NCBI RefSeq assembly: GCF_009914755.1
Contig: NC_060947.1
Strand: one strand, 5' to 3'
From: the human T2T-CHM13v2.0 reference genome, Homo sapiens
Length of the DNA: 64,000 nt
Position 1 is the first letter of the stretch. Each line of letters starts with the position of its first letter. The notes beneath the pieces were generated by a model. That model had not been told where the DNA came from. It did no database searches and saw only the letters and a list, made by a program, of their open reading frames with translations. Shown here piece by piece: positions 52,590 to 64,000 of this stretch. The translations under genes were made by a program, and so were the position numbers.

Positions 52590-54310
<1,721 letters not shown>

Positions 54311-54320
54311 GATTCATAAA

Positions 54321-55114
54321 TGAAGTGTATGGTTCCAGGCCAAAATCCTATGTGTGACTTTTCAGGCATGACCATAAGTAATTATCAAGGCTTTACCTGA
54401 CAAACCTTACAGGGGAAGCTACTCTCCCATACCAGATTTAGTGCACAGCTGACACCTTGCAGTTACTAACCGAAGTTACAGTCACAGACTCATATGTCAC
54501 ACCCCACCTTTCTCCAGCTTGTTGTGCTCTTTGGTATATCTGCGTCCTTAGCTCAGGCACCTTCATTAAGGGGTTTCTTTACTTGGGGTTTTGGTAGAAG
54601 CCTTCCTCAGGTGCCTCTGCATCTGAGGATAAGGAACAGAAAATCTTGAAGACATTTTTTTCTCCACTCTGACTCAGTACTTTTCCAGTCCCAATGCTTC
54701 ACCCTCCGCATTCTTCCTGTCCCCTCGTCTCTGAGTCCATAGAAATGCAGGAGCCTTTTCAGATAGCTAGCTAGCTAGCTAGATAGATACATAGATAGAT
54801 AGACACATAGAGAAATAGATAGATAATATATATTTATCCATGAACAAAGAGAGACAGAGAGAGATCTCTTCTGTCCCCACATTGAGATGACCACTATGAC
54901 TGTGCTGATTTACATGAACTTTGACCCAGCCTGCCATTACCTGGGAGAAAGTAGAACAGGGAAAAGTGAGGGCTTTCTCTGGTTTAGTCTCTTGCTTATA
55001 TTATACCAGAAAGTAATTAAACCTGGACAATGACTGTGATTTTGTCTTGTTGTTTTAATCAACTACTTGGACACCTAACAATGCATCTCTCTCTAATTCA
55101 GTCGCGCTCCTAAC
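54321..55114 (+). mobile_element. probable ERVL-type solo LTR (MER54/70/74 group) containing a (GATA)n-like repeat at about 54760-54830
   Basis: TG...CA termini, attaaa signal followed by cttgttgttttaatc...gacacct...ctcctaaca end motif. Family recalled, not verified. Confidence 0.45.
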
Positions 55115-56610
55115 AGTAAATTTACATGGAAAGACAAGGGAAGTAAACTAGTCAAAATACTTTTAAAGTGAAGACTATCATTGAAGGATGCACACTGTCC
55201 TGTTGTAAGATTTACTATAAAACTATGGTAACCAAAACAGTGTAATCTTGGTTAAGGGAAAGACACAGTGATCAAAAGAGCAGAATTATGCGTTCAGAAT
55301 AGATCCACAGAAATAGGCCAATTGATTTTCTACAAAGGTACAAAAACGTTTCAGTGGAGAAAGGATGCTTTCAGATAAATAGTGTTAGGGAAATTAGACA
55401 TCCCTATGCAAATAATGAACCTCACATTGTATCTAAAAATTAACTGATAGACCTAAATATAGAATGTAATACTATGAAACCTTTATTTAGAAGCAGAAAT
55501 GAGAAAATCATGACTGTGGTTAGGCAAAGATTTCTTACACATGACAACACAAGCACAATCCTTAAAAGAAAAAAAAATACTAAATTGGACTTTATCAAAA
55601 TTAGAGACTTTTGCTCTGAGAAGAACACTGTTAAGAGAATGAAAAGGCAAGCTACAGAAAACGTATCACATACATGACAAAGAACTTGCATCTAGAATAT
55701 ATAAAGACACTAAACTCAGGAATAAGAAACAAATAAAAAGTGGACAAAATTCTTGAAGCAACAATTCACAAAGGAGAAAATACGGCTGGCATATAAGCAC
55801 ATGAGCATATGGGCAACATCATTATTCATTAGGAAAATGCAAATTAAAACCATGATGAGATAGCTGTATATCTATATTAGAATGCCAAAAATAAAAAAAA
55901 AAATTGTGACAATACCTAATACTAGAGAGGGTATAGAAAGCCTGGACTTTTAATTCATTGTCATAAAATGCAAAATGGTACAGACATTCAGAAAAACAGT
56001 TTGGCACCACATATAAAGTAGTACATGCACTTCCCATATAAGCCACAAATTCCACTGCAAGATATTTATTTTAAAGAAACAAAAATATATGGTCACACAA
56101 ATTATTGCACACACATATTTATGGAAGTTTTATCATCTCCCAAAACTGCAAATAACACAAATAGCCTTCAGTGAGTGAAGGGATAAACAAATTAAAGTGT
56201 AACCATGCAATGGAATACTACATAGGCAGCAAAAAAATGAACAAAAAGCCCCACAGAAACTATTGATATGCACGTACACAAGGCACACAAGAATTTGGAT
56301 AAATATCAAAGAAGTCATGCTGAGTAAATGAAGCCAATCGCAGAAGGACATATATATATAATTTTAACTTTATAAAATTCTTGCATAGACAAAAGCTATA
56401 GCTGTGAAGAGCCGATTAATACTTGTCAAGGGTTAGAGGTCAGAGGAGGGTATAATTTCAGAGGGTTAGCCCCAGGGAGTTTTGGAGTTGAGGTAACTAT
56501 TCAGTTTTCTGATTGCGGTGGTGGTTATAAAGGTTTATATATATGTTAAAATTCATAGAACTGTATATGGAAACATCTTTTAATATATATTAATATTAAA
56601 AATAAAATGT
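55115..56610 (+). mobile_element. old L1M 3' half
   Basis: aagatttactataaaactatggtaaccaaaacagtg; taaattggactttatcaaaatt; gttaaaattcatagaactgtata. Confidence 0.8.
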
Positions 56611-56909
56611 TAAATGTGAGTTATTCATTTGCCTTATTCAACCAACGCCATGTACACATAAACACTAATCATTACGGGACCGAATCATTTTTCATAAATT
56701 CATCTAAAATTAGTCAAGCTCACGTAAGGTTTATTCAGGTAAATGTCACTTTTATGTACTCTGATGGATTTTTACAAATAAAATTAACTAAACTTTGTTT
56801 TGAAACTATCTGAGCCATTTCGACAAGCAACTAATGCAGCTCAAGAAGTTATTGGTTAAGGAGGATTAGTTATAGGATATCCTCTAAGACTGTTGCATAG
56901 ATATGTCAC

Positions 56910-57008
56910 CTTGTTTTGGCTAAACATGTTCTTATCAGTACTTCTGCTTCTTTCATCCTGCCATGAGCCCACACAAGGACTTGAGTGAACATGTGTTTCT
57001 TTATAAAG
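56910..57008 (-). pseudogene. candidate exon (minus-strand cluster)
   Basis: Acceptor tttgttcacttcag|, donor aag|gtgaca. 99 bp, phase 0-0, fully open: LYKETHVHSSPCVGSWQDERSRSTDKNMFSQNK. Confidence 0.4.
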
Positions 57009-57360
57009 CTGAAGTGAACAAACCTTATGACTTTTTTCTCTCCTATACCACCAAGATGGGCGTGTTCTCAGCTAAGGCTGACATTTAATAACTGCACTAT
57101 TTCTTAACTTTACATTGAATTCACATGCATAATAAGTAGTTTAATGCTAATAATTAATTAAATGAACATTTCCCAGGAAGCTACGAGCTGCCAGTTACTG
57201 TGTTAGGTGATGTTAATACAAAGTTGAATAAGACATGATTTCTGACCATAAGGGTATCATAATCTAATAGAGGACATGAAAAATGGTGATGTGAACAGAA
57301 ACCACCAATGAGTAAGCTATTCTTGGGGTATAATTTTGTCATTAGGGGAAGAAATATTAC

Positions 57361-57395
57361 CTTCTTTGAATTTAAAAGGTCACTGGTGAGTGAAC
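57361..57395 (-). pseudogene. candidate small exon (minus-strand cluster)
   Basis: gcatttaatag| acceptor, aag|gtaata donor. 35 bp, phase 1-0: SLTSDLLNSKK. Confidence 0.3.
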
Positions 57396-58117
57396 CTATT
57401 AAATGCTTCTTAATGCAGTGTATGTCAAGTTCAAATAAGTTTTCCACATGCTAGATTTCATCAGGTTCGTGATTTTTAAATTGAACAGTTTTGTAGCTTA
57501 TTCCAACTAGAGGAGCCTTCCCTCAAATTCCAAACCCAAGTTGGATGAGTACATGAGAATAAACAGTCAATGTAGTGCATGACATATGTCCCCTTAGTTT
57601 TGGACTCCTCTTTTCACCTATTCAGTTTTGTGCGAGTTAGGATATGCATGACGAAGGATGCCATGAATTTTTCATTTAGAAACCATGTCCCTGAGACAAG
57701 TTGGTTTATTGACATGTCATCAAGATAGTTCATTTAAGATATATTTAATGAGCCCTGTATTATATTCCAAGCACTGTGCTTGGTAATACAGACATACAGA
57801 TGAATAAGACTAGGTAGGTATTACCCTTCAAGTGTCTCAAAATCTAGTGAAGAAGTTAAGCACACAATGCAGTTTATGGGGAAAGAGTAAGCATATGTAT
57901 GAAGGGCAGACGTAGCATAGAGAGGTTGGAGTAAAAGTTACTGGGGGTGGGGGACAAAGCATGGCTTGAAAGTTTATGGTCTTACTGAAACATATTGCAG
58001 CATTTGAAATGATAAATTTCTCTCTCATGAAAACTCTCCTTTAGCTCCTGGATACCATATTTACCTGATTCTCATCCGATCTCTGTTGACCCTCTTTAAA
58101 TTATCTTCTTATCTTCC

Positions 58118-58612
58118 TTTTTTCACTTTTATTTTAAGTTCAGGAGTACAAGTGCAGGTTTGTTACATGGTAAACTTGTGTCGCAAAGGTTTGTTGTAAA
58201 GATTATTTTATCAGCCAGGTATTAAGCCTAGTATCCATTAATTATTTTTCCTGATCCTCTTCCTCCTCCCACCTTCCAACATTTGATAGGCCCCAGTGTG
58301 TTTTATTTCCCTCTGTGTGTCCATGTGTTCTCATAATTTAGGTCCCACTTATAAGTGATAACTTTTAGTAGTTGGTTTTCTGTTCTTGTGTTAGTTTGCT
58401 AATAATAATGGCTTTCAGCTCCATTCACGTACCTGCAAAATACATGATCTTGTCCTTTTTTATGGCTGCATAGTATTCCCTGATGTATATGTGCAATATT
58501 TTCTTTATCCAGTCTATCATTGATGGGCATTTAGGTTGATTCCATGTCACTGCTACTGTGAATAGTGCTACAATGAACATACACATGCATTTGTATGTAT
58601 AATAGAATTATT
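58118..58612 (-). mobile_element. L1PA15/16-like 3' end inserted in L2
   Basis: aagttcaggagtacaagtgcaggtttgttacatggtaaacttgtgtc...ccaggtattaagcctagta. Confidence 0.85.
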
Positions 58613-59285
58613 ATACTGGCTCTGTCCTGGGCCTTCAGTCTCTATACTGTTTCTGACCCTTAAATGATATTGTCTTTCAGGGTTCAATTCTTTATCTTGT
58701 GCTCTCTTCATCCAAAAGGAATTTTCTGGGAACTCTCAGCCAGCACAGTGGCTAATCCTACCAATATATTACCCTCATCCTTAGCTTCTCCATTGATTTC
58801 AGATGCTTATCTAATTGCATATGATGTATTTTATTCATTCATGCATTTATCTATTTGTATTACAAATAAATCTTAAATGCCTACTATGTACCAGAGACTC
58901 TGCTAGGTATGGAGAAATGGAGTGGTGAGCAAAAACAGATGTGGTCATTGTCACATGACTATCCCATAGGCATATCAATCTTAGCATCTTTAAATCCAAA
59001 CACGTACACTTTATCTCCTAAAAGAATAATAACAGTTAACATTTCTGGATTGTTTATTGAGAACCATGGTTCTGAGAACTTCATATGCATTACCCTATTT
59101 AACCTCAATAGCAAAGTTATGATACAGGTACTAGTTCATCTCCCTTTTATAAATGTGGAAACTGAGACAAAGGAGCATTAAATACCTTACCAAGGTCACA
59201 CAGAAAATAATTGGCACAGGTGGGATATAAATAAAGATGATCTCTTTCCAAAGAGATACCTGGTGCTGTGAGATCACAGATGAAA

Positions 59286-59452
59286 TACGACACCGGCTTG
59301 TCGTGGCTGCGGCCACTGTGACTCTTTACAGCGTCCTCCTTGATGTCTGTGAGTGGCCCAGTCCCCTCGTCACACAGCCAGGCAAAAAACCTGTGTCTAC
59401 ATACATTTTTTTCATCCATCGTTCAGCCAGGGTCCGCAGGTCAGGCCCGGCA
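59286..59452 (+). mobile_element. 3' (R/U5) fragment of an LTR22-like (HML-5) LTR
   Basis: ccggcttgtc...tgactctttacagcgtcctcc...tctgtgagtggcccagtcccct...ttcatccatcgttcagccagggtccgcaggtcaggcccggca matches the recalled LTR22 3' terminus. Confidence 0.65.
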
Positions 59453-59919
59453 ATAATTTATCTAAAACGTCACAGTTGATCATACCACTCCTTTGTTTCA
59501 AAGTCTTTTTAATATCTCCATTTTTTTTTTTTTTTTTTTTTTTTTTGCAGAACTTCAAGAAATAGACAGATCCCTTCATAGTTTGGTCTCTGATTTCCAT
59601 TCCAGCAGCATCTTCTCAGCTTCACCCTCATAGATCATTCATTGGGCACTCTAAAATGACTGCAAGTATGTATACATGTCATGCTCTTTCTAATCTTTAA
59701 ACTTTTGCTTATGCTTTCCTCTCTGCTTGAAACTCCTTTCTCCAATTCTACCTCATTCATTTCTGCTGACATTTTCAAAAGTCAGCTGAAAAATTAGTCT
59801 TCTCCAACCACCAGAAGGTTTACTGTATTTCTTCTGTGATCTCACAGCACCACGTATATTCCTCAACCTTGCACTTACCACTGCATCTCATAATTGTTTT
59901 TTAATTTGTCCTAGACTAG

Positions 59920-60285
59920 TGATATGGTTTGGCTGTGTCCCCACCCAAATCTCATCTTGAATTGTAGTTCTCATAATTCCCATGTGTCATAGGAGAGACC
60001 CAGTGGGAGGTAATTGAATCATGGGAGCAGTTACCATTATGCTGTTCTCATGATAGTGAGTGAGTTCTCATGAGAACTGATGGTTTTATAAGGGGCTTTT
60101 CCCGCTCTGCTCAGCACTTCTCCTTCCTGCTGCCAAGGACGTATTTGCTTCCCCTTCTGCATGATTGTAAGTTTCCTGAGGCCTCCCCAGCCCTGCATAA
60201 CTGTGAGTCAATTAAACCTCTTTGCTTTATTAAATTACCCAGTATCGGGCAGTTCTTTACAGCAGCATGAGGATGGACTGATGCA
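59920..60285 (+). mobile_element. THE1D-like solo LTR
   Basis: tgatatggtttggctgtgtccccacccaaatctc...ggactgatgca. Near-TSD actag/actgg. Confidence 0.9.
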
Positions 60286-60369
60286 ACTGGAAACACATAA
60301 AGATCAAAGACCTCTCATTTTCCATCATCAACATCCCTACCTTATTATATTTATCACACTGCAATTTTA

Positions 60370-60682
<313 letters not shown>

Positions 60683-61970
60683 CACACTGCAATTTTAAAT
60701 CTGTCTGTATGATTATTTGACTGATGTCCATCTTTCTATTGCAATGAAAGGGCTATCTATGATGGCAAGAATGATATCTATTTTTTGCTCCACCTTGTGT
60801 TTGTTGTGCCTAATAAAATGTCTTGAATAGAGTAAATGAAGAACATAACAAAAGCTTCACTTGAATGCCAACTGTTTGCAGGTAGAGAGTTAAATACCAA
60901 GAACCCAGAAGAAGCAAAGGTCATGGTCCCTGCCTTCTGAGAATGTCATGCTGCAGACATGAAGTTAGAAGTATATGAAACCGAGCCAGTGTCTAAGTGG
61001 TAAATGATAACATGTCCAATGCTCACATATTCCTCATTATAAGAGGAAAAGTGAACGCAAAGTGAAGGCAATATTTGTGTGATGTTAGAGAAGTGATATC
61101 AAAGGATCCATGTCATCGCATGGCACTCATTCGCACATCCTGAACCCTTAAACCCGGAGGATAATAAAATATTTTAAAAGTTAAGCAACATGACATAGCC
61201 ATTGAATTCTACAGCTTATTATACCAAGCAAATAAGGGAAAAAAAATTCAATTTGTCTTTTTTGCTCTTTCTCCCCATATTCTCTTGTAGCCATTGTGGG
61301 CACAAGAAGTCAGGTCCCCAAGACTGGCCTAGATCAAATGACCTTCCAGAGGAGGCATAAATTTGGTACCCAAATTTGTTCAGCATTTCAACCATTTTTC
61401 TACCGTCAACATATTTTCCATGTATATTTTATTCTTAGATGGTTAGTGTAGCTTCTAAGATCCTGATAATAAATATTTCCAAAAAGAGATTATAAATTTT
61501 CTCCGGCCACGTTACCCAGACTTCTATGGAGTAGTGACTGGCTGACTCCAGAAGATCCCCTTCTTCAGAAACAGCAGTCCAGGCAGACTAAGGTTATTGC
61601 CTGGGATTGCAAAGGTAGTACTTAGCGGAGTTGTGATTCAAAGGATATGAAGATTGAAGATATTATGTGGAAAAAGCCTAGCACACAGCCTAGTAGTAAC
61701 TAGGTACACACTCTATATACCCTAATTAATCCTGACTGCAGATAAAAGGCTGAACAATACAACACTTCGTGGTCTCTTTCTGCACTTTAAAATGTGATCT
61801 TTTCACGAACAACAAAGGACATCAGGAGGACTGTGGTTTATCTCTCTAAATACAGCCCATTATAAAGTATGAGCCATCTATGTGTTGGAACTCTTTTCCT
61901 AAATTTTAGTAGAATCATTTACCATGACATAATGAGTCTCTGCATAATTTTTACATTCCCTATGATTTAC

Positions 61971-62079
61971 TTAGCCTCAGTCTTTCTCTGTCCTTTTTTT
62001 ACTCTTGTGCTCTCAATCTCTGCAGCTTTTTATTACGAATGCTTATTAATAGATACTACATATCCAGATGACTGCCAAA
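61971..62079 (-). pseudogene. candidate decayed exon (minus-strand cluster)
   Basis: ctaat...gtcatag| acceptor, taa|gtaaat donor. 109 bp, phase 0-1: FGSHLDM*YLLISIRNKKLQRLRAQE*KKDRERLRL. Confidence 0.4.
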
Positions 62080-62344
62080 CTATGACCCAGAATATTAGAA
62101 CTTGTTCTTATCTTGTGCATTGTAAATAATAGATAAAATTTTAAACATTGTACTGAGTTTGATATTTACATTCCATATTTAAGAAGAGAAATTGTGCAGA
62201 TTTGTAAAAATGCTTTTTTCCATTCATGATACCTAACAGTAATCATTAATGATTTTGACTGCTTATTGTCATTTTTATTGTATTCTATCATTTTCTAAGT
62301 TTAGACATTGTGAGTTTGGATTTACTTCACCCTTACGGTTTAGT

Positions 62345-62558
62345 GCAGAGATTGGCACACTGAGGCCCATGAGCCAAATCTGAACTGTCACCTATCTTAT
62401 TAAATATATTGAATCACAGACGTCATCATTTACATATTCGCCATGACTGCTTCTGTACTATGTTGGCAGAGTTGAGCAATTGTGATAGAGAATTTATGGC
62501 TCACAAAACCAAACATATTTGCTATCTGGACCTTTATAGGAAAAGTTCTTGACCCCTA
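62345..62558. mobile_element. MER58A-like MITE
   Basis: cagagattggcacact...ggcccatgagccaaatctg...tatggctcacaaaaccaaacatatttgctatctggacctttata...tgacccct. Confidence 0.8.
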
Positions 62559-62658
62559 GTTTAATCCATACTACTTCTTATATCATTCTATAGAACACAA
62601 TATTGTGTGAAATGGGAGAAAGGAAACATTTTTCGTCACTACTGAGCAATAGTCTTAC

Positions 62659-62845
62659 CCCTTCCAGTAGCCACAGCCCAAAATTAATTAATTCCCTTGT
62701 GGCAATCTCCCGAGCCTCCGTTTCCCAGAAAATTTTACTGAGGAAGTTGCTCAACGCCTACATGAGAAATCCTGCTACTGGACATGCCTTCACGGGCTGG
62801 TTGTCTCGAATTTTGTCACCACATTTAAGAAGTCATAACGCTTTC
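62659..62845 (-). pseudogene. candidate decayed exon (minus-strand cluster)
   Basis: Strong acceptor gtttttgttttag|, donor ggg|gtaaga. 187 bp, phase 2-0: KAL*LLKCGDKIRDNQPVKACPVAGFLM*ALSNFLSKIFWETEAREIATRELINFGLWLLEG. CpG-retaining. Confidence 0.55.
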
Positions 62846-63230
62846 CTAAAACAAAAACCAAGGTTTCTTGAACTCCATGGAATTATAGAAAACAGGACTT
62901 CACTATTACTCTCTACTTTGCTATTTTTGCTAGTCCTAGACTACTTTGAAATGTTGTACATATTTCAACAAAAAGATTCAGAAAGCAGTTGCAGATGATT
63001 TTAATGAACCCACGAGAGGACATTTCAAACTTGCATTGCATGTGATAAATAAAGCCCAATACTGAATTTGCAAAAGAATTCTAACATTTCCAGATTAATC
63101 AGAAGCCTTTTGGAAAATGTAAAGAATGACTGCAGCATATTTGTTTTAATAGAAGTTAAAGGTTATAAGAATTTTGACACGTCCTATCTATAATAAACCT
63201 GTATTTGCTTAAATTTACATTTCCTATTAC

Positions 63231-63278
63231 CTTAGGCACCGCTTCTTGCTTCAACTCCAGAAAAATATTTCCTTTATG
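63231..63278 (-). pseudogene. candidate decayed exon (minus-strand cluster)
   Basis: cctttctatgactcag| acceptor, aag|gtaata donor, 48 bp. Phase 2-2 gives IKEIFFWS*SKKRCL; phase 0 gives open HKGNIFLELKQEAVPK. Confidence 0.5.
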
Positions 63279-63700
63279 CTGAGTCATAGAAAGGTATAAA
63301 TCTACAATACATCCTTCTTATAAAATAGCCATGGAATTTAAGAATTATATGTTGCTCTCAGTGCAGGTGTATAATTCATGGTAATGTTACATATAAAGGA
63401 TAATACACCTTAAAGTTGCAAATCCTAACTGGGATAATTATACCCAAAGCTTATCTAAATTTCCTTCTGCTGCCTTAAATTGATAGGTTAGTCTATCCAG
63501 TTACATGAAAATGTAGAATTCCCGAAGGATAAGCCTTTTAAATAACAGCCACTTTCATGTATTATTTTTTTGTCTGGTCAAAAGAGACAGAATCTCAGTA
63601 ATCAGTCAGTATTGCTATCTTTAATTTGTTACCTCCATTTGGGTGATAAGGAAGGATCCAGCACAGCAGAATGTTTCTAAGTTTAAAATACATTACACAC

Positions 63701-63756
63701 TTGATGTGAACATATACAGCTGGCCGGCGCTCTTCACAAAACACGACTTCCTGTCT
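63701..63756 (-). pseudogene. candidate exon (minus-strand cluster)
   Basis: ttgttattttatag| acceptor, caa|gtgtgt donor (alternative gag|gtaaca at 63633). RQEVVFCEERRPAVYVHI, phase 0-2. Confidence 0.4.
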
Positions 63757-64000
63757 CTATAAAATAACAAACCAGACTGGTCTTTGGTACCTCTACCATG
63801 TTACCTTTTACAACAGTGAGCTTATCTACCTGGACCTTAAATGTATCAATAACTACTGATTTCCTCTTGTACCATGTGGAATTTGGGAACATAAAATGCC
63901 TAAGTCTAATAACTTCAAAGTTATAACTTCTTTATGATTTGATTTTAAGCCCTTCTGAAACTTACTTTGGCGTTTGGTATGAGGTAAAAATGTACATTAA

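Noticed and set aside
62603-62998. 131-aa plus-strand ORF
   Set aside because: No plus-strand splice or start context; better explained as the mirror frame of minus exon 62659-62845.
63799-63830. Minus donor aag|gtaaca at 63805
   Set aside because: Would imply a 48-bp intron to 63756, too short for the major spliceosome.

Overview
AT-rich primate (almost certainly human-lineage) genomic DNA, more than half of it transposable-element relics: Alu (Sp, Y, J, S), L1 of several ages (two inverted L1PA7-like copies, L1PA13-like, L1MA/M), a full THE1 MaLR provirus, solo LTRs (LTR12C, MER4A, MST, THE1D, MLT1A, LTR33, an orphan LTR22 3' piece), DNA transposons (Tigger5/MER47, MER58), MIR and L2. I found no intact protein-coding gene, RNA gene, CpG island or CRISPR. 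Nearly all listed ORFs are repeat-derived. The most interesting signal lies in the repeat-free islands: two chains of GT-AG-bounded, phase-compatible, protein-like exons with a few in-frame stops. One is on + (about 2.9-11.4 kb), the other on - (about 63.8 kb down to 36-40 kb). They look like decayed multi-exon gene(s) I cannot name, possibly one gene broken by a rearrangement near 28,011. Also visible are three templated-insertion repair scars and a provirus with an intact TSD but discordant LTRs. Repeat subfamily calls come from recalled consensus motifs, and repeat boundaries without TSDs are approximate.
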